A stretch of DNA of 64,000 nucleotides from the IMG/VR virus record IMGVR_UViG_3300006098_000001; one strand, 5' to 3'. A program made the position numbers and the translations under genes. The stretch is from a virus. Shown here piece by piece: positions 38,305 to 49,172 of the stretch (positions within the stretch are counted from its first letter, which is position 1; each line of letters begins with the position of its first letter). Under the pieces are notes generated by a model. The model was not told the origin of the DNA. It saw nothing but the letters and a program-made list of their open reading frames with translations, and made no database searches.

Positions 38305-41300
38305 ATGAGATATTTAACAACATATCTTGACGATGAAATTAATTTCAAGTTTGGCAATAATGGCTCAATCATTGAGTTGAAAGCTGTTGATGACCATGCG
38401 GTTATGAGTTTCTCAAACGAAGAAAAACTCCTCATTCGTATTAAGAATGAGGAATCATATATCAAAACGGTGCCCGTTACTGCCGAACGTAAGATTATTC
38501 AACTCCCTACCAAGTTATTAAAAGACCTAACGGTAGGTCAGTACGATGTTGAGTTATGGCAAGGCGAAGGTGACGATCAAGTTATCTATCCTGACGAAGG
38601 ATTCCTTAGATTAAAGATTCATGGCAACGCATCACAAATTGATGGTAGCTTGGTTTCTTCTATTACTCTTGCTGATTTTGAAAAGAAGTTTAATGAACTA
38701 GCTCAAAAGATTGAGGATAAATTAGAGAAATTACCAGATATCGATGGGAAGAATATTAGCATCGATGTGAAAGTAGTTGATGGCAACCTTTGTATTAACG
38801 GCAAAGATACAGGAATTAACCTAACTGCCAAGGATGGTAGGGACGGAAGAGATGGACATACGCCAGAAATCACTGTATCAGATGCAGGTACACTTGTTGT
38901 TGATGGAATTGACACTAATAAATCTTTAATCGGTCCTAGAGGTGAGAATGGACTTCCGGGTAAGGATGGAGTTGCTGGTCAAGATGGTAAATCTGCCTAT
39001 CAAGTAGCTGTCGATAATGGGTTTGATGGGACAGAAGTCGAATGGTTACGCTCATTGCATGGAAATGATGGCCTTGATGGAAAGTCAGGTAGAGACGGAC
39101 TTCCAGGACAGAGTGGTAAATCTGCCTATGAGATAGCTATCGCAAACGGGTTTATGGGAACTGAAACTGAATGGCTAGAATCCCTCAAAGGTAAGGATGG
39201 GCGAGATGGTAATGACGCTAATGTCGATTTATCTGAATTCTTAACTAAAGAAACTGCGAATTCAGAATATGCTAAAAAGAATGATGTTCCTCTTATCGTA
39301 TATGATGCAGAAAACAATACTCTAACTATCAATGGTCAAAAGGTAGAAATACCTTCTCAAGTAGATTTGTCTAGTTATGTTACCAAGACTGATGCAGATA
39401 AATATGCTTTAAAATCTGATGTAAAGAATATTGTCCTTGATAAAAATGAAAGAACTTTAACTGTTGGAAAAGAATCAATTAATATTCCTAATAATATTGA
39501 CCTTTCTCCTTATTACACTAAAGAAGAAATTGATAAGAAGTTAACTGACATTGCGACAAATGGAAAGGTTGACCTTACTGGTTATCTTAGACAGAGTGAT
39601 TTAACGGATTACGCTAAGAAATCAGATATCCCAAGTCAACCAGACCTTACTCCATATGCTAAAAAGTCAGAGCTACCCAAGATTTCAATAGACGTTGAGA
39701 AACGAACGCTTACTTTAAACGATAGTGTTATCAATATTCCAGATAGTGTTGACTTAACTGACTATGCTAAAAAATCAGAAATTCCAAGTATCGTATTAGA
39801 CACGGAAACTAATACCCTAACCATTAACGGAACAAAAGTAGTTATTCCAGGTAATGTTGACCTCACTCATTACTACACTAAAGGAGAAATTGATGAAAAA
39901 ATAGCTGATATTCAATCTGGCGGAAAAATTGATTTAAGTAATTATGTCAATAAGCAAGAACTTTCTGATTATGCTAAGAAAGCAGATATTCCTGAAACGC
40001 CTGACTTAACTCCTTATGAGACTAAAGAGAATGCAGATAAGACTTATGCTACTAAGAAAGCGTTGGAAGATATTCAACTCACTCCCGGAAAAGATGGGAA
40101 GAATGGTAAGTCTGCTTATGATTTGGCGGTAGAAGCTGGTTTTGAGGGTAGCGTAGACGAATGGTTACAATCACTACATGGAGCCAATGGTAAAGATGGC
40201 CGAGACGGAGCTAATGGTCATGATGGAGCCAAAGGTCAGGACGGACAAAACGGTAAGAGTGCCTATGAGATCGCCATTGCTAATGGTTTTAAAGGAACGG
40301 AAGAAGAATGGCTCAATTCTCTTAAAGGTCGTGATGGTTCCAATGGAGCCTCTGGACGAAACGGGGCTGATGGAAAGAACGGAGTAGACGGATTAAGCGC
40401 TTATGAATTAGCTAAAAAGAACGGATTCCAAGGAACTGAGCAAGAATGGTTAGGTTCACTTAAAGGTGAACAAGGACATGATGGTATTCAGGGCCCTAAA
40501 GGAGATGCTGGTGAAAGAGGCCCACAAGGGTTCCCGGGGAAGGATGGATCAGATGGTAAGGATGGCGCTCAAGGGCCAGCTGGGGCTAACGGAAAAGATG
40601 GTCAATCCACATACCAATTATGGCTATCCAAAGGAAATACTGGTAGCGAAGAGGACTTCTTAAACTCTCTTAAGGGTGCTAAAGGAGACCAAGGTGCCCC
40701 TGGTAAAGATGGTGCTCCTGGGGTTAAAGGTGATACCGGAGAAAGAGGGCCTCAAGGGGAACGTGGAGAAACTGGTTTACAAGGTCCTGCTGGTCCTAAA
40801 GGAGATATTGGTAATGTTGGCCCACAAGGCCCTAAAGGAGATAAAGGTGATACAGGTCCACAAGGACCTAAAGGGAATACAGGGGATCGAGGTCCACAAG
40901 GTGTAGCAGGAAAAGATGGTCATTCTGTTTGGTATAATAGAATGCACTATAGTCCTAACGGACAACTACAGTGGTTTACAGATTTGACTAACGCAAGTGC
41001 TTCTAACCCACCTAAAGTTAATGATATTATGATTAATGCTGACGGTAATATTGCAATGATTACTAAGGTCAATATTACTAATGATGCAGGTGAAGGTGGA
41101 GGAACGTTTAACTATGGTCCTTGGATTGGTAACATCAAGGGTCCCACTGGCCCTCAAGGTCCACAAGGATTAAATGGGAAAGATGGACTTTCAGCTTATG
41201 AGATTGCTAAACGAAATGGATTCACTGGAACTGAAAAAGAATGGTCGAGTTCGCTTAAAGGTGAACGTGGAGAAGCTGGCTTACGAGGACCCAAAGGTGA

Positions 41301-42489
41301 TCCAGGTCAGATTCCAGATGTATCAAACATTAATAAGGGCATTTCGGATAACAAGTCTGATATTTCTAAAATTAATCTAAAAATGAGTACTATGTTTGTT
41401 AACCTCTTAGATTTTGGTGCTCAACCAGAAAATGTGAATTTTGATAATGCACCTGCTTTTAATAAAGCAATTCAGGCTCTTCCATCAGTTGGCGGAACAA
41501 TATTTATTCCTAATGGAAATTACTTTCTGAAATCAACAGTTAATATAGATCGTTCCTACGTCCATGTAATGGGATTAAATCATGGACTCCGAAGTGGTAT
41601 TGATCCAGTTGATGGTTCTACGCAAGCAGGAGGTGGCGGAGCAAAAGTTACTGTTCAAAATCCAATCACTGCTTTTAAGCTTGAGAATACCCATAACAAC
41701 AATAGACTTTCAGGTATTACTTTCAGTGGATTCGATCTTCGGGGAGATACTAACGCTGGCGTTGGTATTGACGGGATAAGCAATACAGACCGAGTAGTAA
41801 TTGACAATATGACTATAAATAATGTTGGTATTGGAGTGAGATTACATGCCGCAGATGCGCCGAGAATTACCAATTCATGGATTGCGGAAACTCAATCAAG
41901 TATTCTTCTGACTGGGGCAAGTCAACAAGCAGAAATTAAAAACAATTCATTAGGTGCACAGCCAAAAGGAACTACAATTTATATGGAAAATCCAGACAGA
42001 TTTAATATTTCTGGTAATAATATTTATCCAGATGGGGCTTCGGCTATTAGAATATTAAATCCAGTACATGGTTCTATTGTTGGAAACACAATTTCAGCTT
42101 ACTATAATGGAATGATTGAATTTCTTCCTAACTCGGAGGGTACGTTTGGTAATGGAAATGTTATTTCTAGCAACGTGATTGCGCTGGAGTCATGGCACGA
42201 TAATCCTGATGGCAAGGACAATAAGTGGGGTATTGTTCATATTGAAGCATTCAGCAACGTTATTTCTGACAATAATATTCTTGCCAATGGATCTCCTGCA
42301 AACACGACTGGTATATTGGTAATGAAAGGTGACTATAATAGAATAGCTAATAATGTTATGAATATTTCAGATACGAATTCGAAAGTCGTAATTAATGGTG
42401 CTGCTAATAATAACTGGGTTATTTACAGCACAGAGGGATCAGCGTTCCAGGATGGTGGAAACCAGTCAAATAAAAATATAGGTATTTAA
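38305..42489 (+). CDS. collagen-like repeat protein with a C-terminal right-handed beta-helix (pectate-lyase-like) domain; putative tailspike/depolymerase
   Basis: Long GXY runs are present. About 8 copies of SAY(E/Q)(I/L)A..NGF.GTE.EWL.SLKG occur, plus repeated DL(T/S).YAKKS.IP units. The C-terminus reads NLLDFGAQP...GGTIFIPNGNYFL followed by beta-helix-like repeats. Confidence 0.65.
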   Translation: MRYLTTYLDDEINFKFGNNGSIIELKAVDDHAVMSFSNEEKLLIRIKNEESYIKTVPVTAERKIIQLPTKLLKDLTVGQYDVELWQGEGDDQVIYPDEGFLRLKIHGNASQIDGSLVSSITLADFEKKFNELAQKIEDKLEKLPDIDGKNISIDVKVVDGNLCINGKDTGINLTAKDGRDGRDGHTPEITVSDAGTLVVDGIDTNKSLIGPRGENGLPGKDGVAGQDGKSAYQVAVDNGFDGTEVEWLRSLHGNDGLDGKSGRDGLPGQSGKSAYEIAIANGFMGTETEWLESLKGKDGRDGNDANVDLSEFLTKETANSEYAKKNDVPLIVYDAENNTLTINGQKVEIPSQVDLSSYVTKTDADKYALKSDVKNIVLDKNERTLTVGKESINIPNNIDLSPYYTKEEIDKKLTDIATNGKVDLTGYLRQSDLTDYAKKSDIPSQPDLTPYAKKSELPKISIDVEKRTLTLNDSVINIPDSVDLTDYAKKSEIPSIVLDTETNTLTINGTKVVIPGNVDLTHYYTKGEIDEKIADIQSGGKIDLSNYVNKQELSDYAKKADIPETPDLTPYETKENADKTYATKKALEDIQLTPGKDGKNGKSAYDLAVEAGFEGSVDEWLQSLHGANGKDGRDGANGHDGAKGQDGQNGKSAYEIAIANGFKGTEEEWLNSLKGRDGSNGASGRNGADGKNGVDGLSAYELAKKNGFQGTEQEWLGSLKGEQGHDGIQGPKGDAGERGPQGFPGKDGSDGKDGAQGPAGANGKDGQSTYQLWLSKGNTGSEEDFLNSLKGAKGDQGAPGKDGAPGVKGDTGERGPQGERGETGLQGPAGPKGDIGNVGPQGPKGDKGDTGPQGPKGNTGDRGPQGVAGKDGHSVWYNRMHYSPNGQLQWFTDLTNASASNPPKVNDIMINADGNIAMITKVNITNDAGEGGGTFNYGPWIGNIKGPTGPQGPQGLNGKDGLSAYEIAKRNGFTGTEKEWSSSLKGERGEAGLRGPKGDPGQIPDVSNINKGISDNKSDISKINLKMSTMFVNLLDFGAQPENVNFDNAPAFNKAIQALPSVGGTIFIPNGNYFLKSTVNIDRSYVHVMGLNHGLRSGIDPVDGSTQAGGGGAKVTVQNPITAFKLENTHNNNRLSGITFSGFDLRGDTNAGVGIDGISNTDRVVIDNMTINNVGIGVRLHAADAPRITNSWIAETQSSILLTGASQQAEIKNNSLGAQPKGTTIYMENPDRFNISGNNIYPDGASAIRILNPVHGSIVGNTISAYYNGMIEFLPNSEGTFGNGNVISSNVIALESWHDNPDGKDNKWGIVHIEAFSNVISDNNILANGSPANTTGILVMKGDYNRIANNVMNISDTNSKVVINGAANNNWVIYSTEGSAFQDGGNQSNKNIGI

Positions 42490-42496
42490 TAATTTT

Positions 42497-42535
42497 AAAC
42501 AGTCTTTCTTTACAGGGGGCTGTTTTTATTTTATT
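42497..42535 (+). terminator. rho-independent terminator
   Basis: AACAGTCTTT...GGGGGCTGTT stem (with G.U pairs) followed by TTTATTTT. Confidence 0.5.
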
Positions 42536-42658
42536 CAGACGGTTTACAGCGAAAATTACCGTCAACTATATGGTATAAAAAATATATTCTCAATAAATAA
42601 AATTTTTATTTAGAAATTTATTGCCATTTGGTAATAAATCAGGAAAGGATGTTTGAAA

Positions 42659-42835
42659 ATGCTCAAACAATCTTTAATTAAAATTTTCGAGAAAGTAATG
42701 GGATATATAGTTGATTACAGTATAGTTATTCTTTATTTGGCAACAATTTGTTTGATTTGGAAAGCCTTTAATATTCATCCGTTTGTCACTCTTCCAGTCA
42801 TGGCATATGTAATGAAGTACTTTATAAAATCTTAG
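42659..42835 (+). CDS. small two-TM membrane protein
   Basis: ATG lies 9 nt after AAAGGA. Two hydrophobic segments are present. Confidence 0.4.
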   Translation: MLKQSLIKIFEKVMGYIVDYSIVILYLATICLIWKAFNIHPFVTLPVMAYVMKYFIKS

Positions 42836-42843
42836 TTTTATAA

Positions 42844-42877
42844 AACGCTCAGAAGAGATTCTGGGCGTTTTTTTGCT
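42844..42877 (+). terminator. rho-independent terminator
   Basis: ACGCTCAGAA-gaga-TTCTGGGCGT followed by TTTTTTT. Confidence 0.8.
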
Positions 42878-42880
42878 TAA

Positions 42881-42937
42881 AAAATTGTTACCGATAGATG
42901 CAATTCTGTGACTCGCCTACACGGTTTTTGATATAGT
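42881..42937 (+). promoter_or_regulatory. conserved phage promoter, copy 2
   Basis: A-tract, then GTTACCGATAGATGCAATTCTGTGAC. GTGACT is followed by an 18-nt spacer and TATAGT (42932-42937). Confidence 0.6.
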
Positions 42938-42963
42938 AACGAAGGTGAAAGGGGTTAGAAAGC

Positions 42964-44013
42964 TTGCAAGCAAAGGAATTAAAGGAATACATACTAGCTG
43001 ATACAAAGAGACTTTACATAATTTTACGCAATGCTGGATTTCATGATTTCCGGGAGCGAGCCGAAGAAATTAGGTGCGCCTTGCCTAACTACACTAATCC
43101 TACGGGTGTCATGATTAAACTAAATAATTCATTGAATACATCGCTATTTGAATTGGGGTATTCCGGGGATATTTTGGGAGCCCTAGGCGTTGTTCTTGAA
43201 AAACAATTTTATGAAGTGATGAGTTATATTCATAGCCTATTGGGTTTGTCCAGCAATCATGTTGCCAACTCATTTGATCCATTGGCGACTTTAAAAAAGT
43301 TGTCGAAAAACTCTAATACTCAACATCGTCGGATAACAAATAATAAGTTATACGATAAAGGGGTTTTAAATAAATTTGTCAACGGAATTCATGCATCGGT
43401 AATTGAGGAAGGAATTTCCCCGGATATTGCTAGGCGTTTTGATGTTATGTACGACCCACACTTAGATAGAGTTGTTTTCCCACACTATGACTGGAATGAA
43501 TTTGACAAAGTTGTGGGTATTCAAGGGCGCTCAACTATGTCTAAGGCCGAACTTGAATTAACAGGGACGCCAAAGTATCTGAATTACATTAAGGATTATT
43601 ACAAGCTATTAAATCTGTATGGATATAATCAGGCTTATCAAAATATTAATGATCATAAAAGGATAATCTTATTTGAGGCTGAAAAGTCAGTATTAAAGGA
43701 GTTTACTTTAAGCCGAGGAGATGGGGTGTCAGTTGCCTTAGGTGGACATTCAATTAGCGAGCAGCAAGTTGATTTTATTCTACGCAAGTTACCTGTCGAT
43801 GGGGAAGTAATTATTGCATTTGATCATGACGTAATGACTAAGGAACAAGAGGGAGAAGAATATATTTTGAGTCAAGCTAAGAAGTTCTCTCCGTTCCGCA
43901 AAACAAGTTATATATTTGATAGTTACAATATTTTGGGCGAAAAAGACTCGCCAATAGATAAGGGTAAAGTGATTTGGGATCACTTATTGAAATGGAGGAA
44001 ATTTATCAGTTGA
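42964..44013 (+). CDS. TOPRIM-domain primase-like protein
   Basis: The TOPRIM Glu (LFEAEKS) and DxD (AFDHDV) are present. It is the first gene of the replication module. Confidence 0.5.
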   Translation: MQAKELKEYILADTKRLYIILRNAGFHDFRERAEEIRCALPNYTNPTGVMIKLNNSLNTSLFELGYSGDILGALGVVLEKQFYEVMSYIHSLLGLSSNHVANSFDPLATLKKLSKNSNTQHRRITNNKLYDKGVLNKFVNGIHASVIEEGISPDIARRFDVMYDPHLDRVVFPHYDWNEFDKVVGIQGRSTMSKAELELTGTPKYLNYIKDYYKLLNLYGYNQAYQNINDHKRIILFEAEKSVLKEFTLSRGDGVSVALGGHSISEQQVDFILRKLPVDGEVIIAFDHDVMTKEQEGEEYILSQAKKFSPFRKTSYIFDSYNILGEKDSPIDKGKVIWDHLLKWRKFIS

Positions 44014-45200
44014 GATTAAATAAAGAACAAAGAAAAGCTTTAGAAAAGAAATACGGGGTAGATAGAATTTGGAGTTTCTCACGCCTTCAAACATTTCACA
44101 ATTGTATTCAGGAATATGTGCATCTATACCTTCGTCACGATGTGCCACGAACAGATAATGTTTACACGATTTTTGGTAGTGAGGTTCATGATATTACCGA
44201 AGGGTTAACTAAAAAAGAATTTGATTTAACTTCAGCTAAATCCTTATGGGATAACTTCGTAAAACGTTGGGAGAATGACCCCGATGGATTAAGATTTGAT
44301 ACCGAGAAGATTAAACAAGGTTATATTGGAAATCTCGGTCATTACTTTACTCATACAAACATTCCGGAAGGAAGTAAATTCCACACAGAATTACCTGTTA
44401 TGACAAAGGTTGGTGGGACAAAAGAGAAGCCTCATTATGTATTTGTCGGATATATCGATACTGAATACATTGACAAAGAAGGCAATGTAGTTTTAGTAGA
44501 TTATAAGTCTTCTAGTAAGTCTAGTTTCTCTAAATCAAAATTGCCAGAAAAGTCTATGCAATTAATGCTTTATTCCATTGGTATTCATCAACAGGAGAAT
44601 ATTCCTTATGAAAAAATCAAAGCACGCTTTGACATGATGAAATATGTAACTGTCCATTATAAGCAAGAAAATGGTAAATGGAATACCAGTGTGCAAGAAC
44701 GATCGATTTGGGTTCTAAAAATGCAAAAGAAATTGGAAACCAAGTTAAAGAAATTAGGTATAGATAAAGAAGAAGCAAGAAAATTGATTCAAATTGCTTC
44801 ACTTGCGAATAATATGGACAACCTTCCCAAAGAGGTTCAAGACCAATTTTATATAACTAATTATTATATTGAGTTAGATATTAATGAAGACGACTGCAAT
44901 GATTTGTTGAGAAAGATTGAAAAACAATGTGATGAAATCATTGAGTTAGAACAATTATCACCAGATGCGCAAGATAGTTTTGCTGATGTGAATCATCATT
45001 ATAATCCAGATGATTACTACGATAAAAAATTATGTGCATATCACACTTCTGCTAAGTTCTTGGAACAAGAGAAGACGTTAATTGGTGAACCACAGTCAGA
45101 ATTTAAGATTGAAGATAAGGGTAATGACGTTTTAGATTTATTTAAATCTGACAATAAGGAACGAAATGATGAAATTCTTATGAAAGAACTATTTGCTTAG
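44010..45200 (+). CDS. PD-(D/E)XK (RecB/Cas4-like) nuclease
   Basis: TTG 44010 lies 10 nt after GGAGGA and overlaps the upstream stop (TTGA). Motifs are GSEVHD and GYIDTEY...VLVDYKSS...QLMLY. An alternative start is ATG 43974. Confidence 0.55.
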   Translation: MRLNKEQRKALEKKYGVDRIWSFSRLQTFHNCIQEYVHLYLRHDVPRTDNVYTIFGSEVHDITEGLTKKEFDLTSAKSLWDNFVKRWENDPDGLRFDTEKIKQGYIGNLGHYFTHTNIPEGSKFHTELPVMTKVGGTKEKPHYVFVGYIDTEYIDKEGNVVLVDYKSSSKSSFSKSKLPEKSMQLMLYSIGIHQQENIPYEKIKARFDMMKYVTVHYKQENGKWNTSVQERSIWVLKMQKKLETKLKKLGIDKEEARKLIQIASLANNMDNLPKEVQDQFYITNYYIELDINEDDCNDLLRKIEKQCDEIIELEQLSPDAQDSFADVNHHYNPDDYYDKKLCAYHTSAKFLEQEKTLIGEPQSEFKIEDKGNDVLDLFKSDNKERNDEILMKELFA

Positions 45201-45215
45201 ATTAGAGGTGCTAGT

Positions 45216-45755
45216 TTGAAGAAAATTCATTTAATCAATGTTGATACAAGCAACGGCGCAAATGAAGAGGCAGGAACATGTGAACTATGCTTCTATACGA
45301 TGTGGTGTGATAATCCTACATTTATTTTTGAGATGGATGGTGAACGTCTTGCTATTGATGGATACTGGTGGGATTGGGGCGACTATTCTGAAATATTTAT
45401 TAATAATACCGTAGACTTTGGATTATGGTTAGACACACAAGAGTTTGCTGACGATACTGATTTTAATACCGATTGGTTATTAAATATTGTCGATAAATAT
45501 AACAGAACTGTAGCTCAGACCGAATACAAAGACATTAACGGTCGTCCAATATATATGGATTCCAAAATTGCTGTGGAATTCGATCATAAACAGATAGAAG
45601 CTCATATTGGATACGATGGATATTGTCCAGAGATATCTTTTGTCAATCCATTTACTAGTAAATATGAATATTTAGAAAGTAATGATTATGGAAATCTAAA
45701 ACCTTATAAGGTTATTAGGTTAGAAGAGCACACGAATAATAAGGTTGCAGCATAA
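45216..45755 (+). CDS. hypothetical protein
   Basis: TTG follows AGAGGTG. 179 aa. Confidence 0.4.
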   Translation: MKKIHLINVDTSNGANEEAGTCELCFYTMWCDNPTFIFEMDGERLAIDGYWWDWGDYSEIFINNTVDFGLWLDTQEFADDTDFNTDWLLNIVDKYNRTVAQTEYKDINGRPIYMDSKIAVEFDHKQIEAHIGYDGYCPEISFVNPFTSKYEYLESNDYGNLKPYKVIRLEEHTNNKVAA

Positions 45756-45771
45756 ATTAAGGGGTAATTAA

Positions 45772-48700
45772 ATGAGCTACAATTATTGGATTTCTTGCCA
45801 TCAACATACTCATTTTAGTAACAATTCGTACTTTGAAGTTGTTACAAAACCAGAAGATTATATTAAATATGCTGAGGAAAATAATCTTCCCGCGGTATGT
45901 ATTACTGAGCATGGTGGTGTTCAAGGATGGATTAAAAAGAAAGAATTAGTTGATGCGGCAGGGCTCAAGTTCATAGATGGAATTGAAGCGTATGTAACAA
46001 TGAATCTTAATGATAAGAATCGGGGCTATCATACTATCATTATTGCGAAGAATTATGAGGGGGTTAAAAAAATTAACAAACTTTCCTCCGATAGTTTTAA
46101 TCGCGAAGATGGGCATTTTTATTATCGCCCCCGGATTTTATTTGATGACTTAGAAAGTGCTGTTAAGCAAGGAAATATTTATGTAACTACCGCTTGTTTA
46201 GCTGGTGCAGTTGCCCAAAATCTTCCAGAGCATAGCGAGAATAAGGATAGATCTGAGGAGAAGCAATTGGTTTTAGAAAAATGGTTACAGCTCGCCATTA
46301 ACTATCCAGACAATGTATTCCTTGAAGTACAACCTCATCATGATAAAGAGCAGATTAGGCTTAATCATTCGCTACAAAACTATGCAACAACATATGGATT
46401 GAAGCTGATTGCTGCAAACGATATTCACTCACTTAATCCAGAACATGATCGCCTGCGTAAGATTATTAAAAAGGGTAAGAAAAATAGATATGATGACGAT
46501 GATAAATTTGAATTATGGTGTAAGTCTCGTTCGGAAATGTTTGAAGCATTTCAAGAACAGGGCGTATTAACGGACAAAGAAATAAATGATGCTCTTGATT
46601 TAACTGTTGAAATTGCTAATTCTGTAGAGTCATTCGAATTAGATAAAAGTCATAAATATCCTCAATTATACACGGACCCAGACAAAGAATTTCAAAAACG
46701 TATTAAGCAAGGCTTAGTTGATAGAGGGGTTGATAAACTACCTAAAGATGAACGAAAGATATATATTGATCGAGTTAACCGTGAATACAAGGTTTATAAG
46801 CATAATGGAGCAATTAACTATATGTTGTCCCATCAAGACATCTTAAATGCAGCCAAGGCTCATGGCGTTCGTTTTGGTTATTCAAGAGGTTCTGTTTCGG
46901 GCTCTTTAATAGCATACTTATGTGGTCAAACCGAAATGGATTCCGTGAAATTTAACTTAAACTTTGGACGCTTCATGAATCCATCTAGGATTAGTCTCGC
47001 AGACATAGATACAGACATGTGGAAACCAGAGCAGCAATGGACACAGCAGTGGATCTTACAAAATCCAAAATGGCACGCCGCTTCAATTATGACTGCAAAT
47101 ACCTATGGATTAAAAGCCGCGATTAAGGCTATTGCAGACGGAATGGAGCGATATGAAGGAAGACCAGCTTATATTCAGTCTATCCGCAACCAGATTGCAG
47201 AGGATGGTTTTATTCCTGAAGCTTTATACGAAGAGCATCAACAGTTAATTGATGACGCCAAGAAGGTTGTTGGAGTTATAGATTCATTTGGTCGTCATGC
47301 AGCCGGAATTGTAATTGACACTAATACAATTGACGATGCAATGGGGACTCAGACCATTTCAGGCTGGGATTATCCTGTTACGCAGGTAGCAATGAAAGAA
47401 ATTGACCATGTTAATTGGGTTAAGTACGACGTATTAGGACTAGATAATATAGGGTTAATCTCACGTACCGCTGAATTAGCGGGGATTCCCTTTCCAACAC
47501 CCGATAGTGATTTTATAGATTTTAACGATGAAAAGGTATGGAAGTCTATGAGAAATAATAATATCGGTATTTTTCAATTCGAAGGGGATAGAGCCGGTAA
47601 AATCTTAAGAAGTCTATTCTCAAAAGAAACGCTCCAAAATATTAAAGACAAGGTTCCAAATGTAAAATATATGGATTTATTATCACTTGCCAATGGCGCG
47701 ATGAGACCGAGCGGAGCAGGATTCATCGATGCAGTTACTCATGGTAAATTCAAAGACAATGGTCATCCAGCTTTGAATGAGTTTCTAGCTCCAACTCTCG
47801 GATATCTCGTCTACCAAGAACAATTGATGGAGTTTCTAGTTAAATTTTGCGGATTTTCAGAGCCCGAAAGTGATTTAGTTCGGCGGGGCATAGGTAAGAA
47901 GGATAAAAGGATTATGGACGAAGAAGTCCCTAAAATAAAGCCAAATTTCGTTAAAACAATGATAAATGTTTATCAAGATACTCAAGAACACGCTGAAAAA
48001 ATAGCCGATGACTTCATTCAAGTTTTCATGGACGCAGCTAATTATGGTTTCTCCATCAATCACTCAATGGCTTATTCTTATATTGGGTATATTTCAACTT
48101 GGCTTCGATACTATTATCCTCTTGAATGGTGTACGGCGGCCTTCCAAATCTGGAAGGGAAAGCAGGATAAACTTAACAAAGTAGTTAGATTTGCAGAGTC
48201 TCAACGTATAACACTTAAACCTTTTAAATTCAGAAAATCAAAAAGTGACTATTATATGGACTCTCAAAACAATTCTATATATGAGGGAACTGCTAGTATT
48301 AAAGGAGTATCAAGCAATGTCGGCAATTACCTATATTTACTACGCGATAAACAAAATAAAAACTTTGTAGACTTATTAATGGACATTTATGACAATTCAC
48401 AAATAGAAGTAAAAAATGTTGGAGATAGTAGCAAGGATGGAACGTATGAAATTAAAGAACTTTATAATACGTTTACTGAAGATGAATTAAAAGAAATCGA
48501 TAAGCTAGTGAAAAATAATTCACTATCGCCGATCAAACAAGAAAGTCCAGCCATTGCTGTTACGCAAAGGGATTTGCTAAACTTGATCTTGCTGAACTTC
48601 TTCTCAGAATATGGTTCGCCGAAGAGGTTAAAATCTGTTTATGAAAAGTTTCATAAAAATTACAAGCCTAAAAATAAGAGATTCGTTGGTAAAAGTCAAA

Positions 48701-49089
48701 AATATCACGAATGTTTAGAATATGAAAAGTCGTTAGACGATGATAACTTCCCATTAATTACTACGCTACAAAACGAATATGATTTACTAGGTAGATGCCT
48801 AACTACTAATAGTAATATTCCATCTAATTATGCTTTTATTACCAGTCTAGTAGTAAGAAGCAATAAGGTCGTTGTAGGACTGTATTCAATTAAACACGGG
48901 AAAGAAATCAAAGCGTTTATTTCTAAAAGACTTTATAACTCAAGTAGTATCGCAAAAGGAGATCTCATCAAAGTTGGTGATACTTCAGCTCGACCGAAGA
49001 CCATTATGCAAGACGGTAAATGGGTGAAGAGCAGGACTGACAAGGACTTATGGATCGACGGTTTCGAACATGTTAACAAGGCTAATTAA
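45772..49089 (+). CDS. dnaE: DNA polymerase III alpha subunit (DnaE-type, with PHP domain)
   Basis: PHP motifs CHQHTHFS and ITEHGG. The palm motif is GYSRGSVSGSLIAYLCG...RFMNPSRISLADIDTD. Confidence 0.85.
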   Translation: MSYNYWISCHQHTHFSNNSYFEVVTKPEDYIKYAEENNLPAVCITEHGGVQGWIKKKELVDAAGLKFIDGIEAYVTMNLNDKNRGYHTIIIAKNYEGVKKINKLSSDSFNREDGHFYYRPRILFDDLESAVKQGNIYVTTACLAGAVAQNLPEHSENKDRSEEKQLVLEKWLQLAINYPDNVFLEVQPHHDKEQIRLNHSLQNYATTYGLKLIAANDIHSLNPEHDRLRKIIKKGKKNRYDDDDKFELWCKSRSEMFEAFQEQGVLTDKEINDALDLTVEIANSVESFELDKSHKYPQLYTDPDKEFQKRIKQGLVDRGVDKLPKDERKIYIDRVNREYKVYKHNGAINYMLSHQDILNAAKAHGVRFGYSRGSVSGSLIAYLCGQTEMDSVKFNLNFGRFMNPSRISLADIDTDMWKPEQQWTQQWILQNPKWHAASIMTANTYGLKAAIKAIADGMERYEGRPAYIQSIRNQIAEDGFIPEALYEEHQQLIDDAKKVVGVIDSFGRHAAGIVIDTNTIDDAMGTQTISGWDYPVTQVAMKEIDHVNWVKYDVLGLDNIGLISRTAELAGIPFPTPDSDFIDFNDEKVWKSMRNNNIGIFQFEGDRAGKILRSLFSKETLQNIKDKVPNVKYMDLLSLANGAMRPSGAGFIDAVTHGKFKDNGHPALNEFLAPTLGYLVYQEQLMEFLVKFCGFSEPESDLVRRGIGKKDKRIMDEEVPKIKPNFVKTMINVYQDTQEHAEKIADDFIQVFMDAANYGFSINHSMAYSYIGYISTWLRYYYPLEWCTAAFQIWKGKQDKLNKVVRFAESQRITLKPFKFRKSKSDYYMDSQNNSIYEGTASIKGVSSNVGNYLYLLRDKQNKNFVDLLMDIYDNSQIEVKNVGDSSKDGTYEIKELYNTFTEDELKEIDKLVKNNSLSPIKQESPAIAVTQRDLLNLILLNFFSEYGSPKRLKSVYEKFHKNYKPKNKRFVGKSQKYHECLEYEKSLDDDNFPLITTLQNEYDLLGRCLTTNSNIPSNYAFITSLVVRSNKVVVGLYSIKHGKEIKAFISKRLYNSSSIAKGDLIKVGDTSARPKTIMQDGKWVKSRTDKDLWIDGFEHVNKAN

Positions 49090-49172
49090 TACCGTGGGAG
49101 GTTAATTAGTTCTTATTGGTGTGCGGATGGAAGCTGCTAAACACATGAATCCCAAATAATAAAAACAGGAGC

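Noticed and set aside
40178-40906. Alternative-frame + strand ORFs inside the collagen-like gene (40178-40387, 40466-40663, 40676-40906, 41174-41380).
   Set aside because: They are artefacts of the GXY-encoding repeats, whose other frames are also stop-poor. They have no independent start signals.
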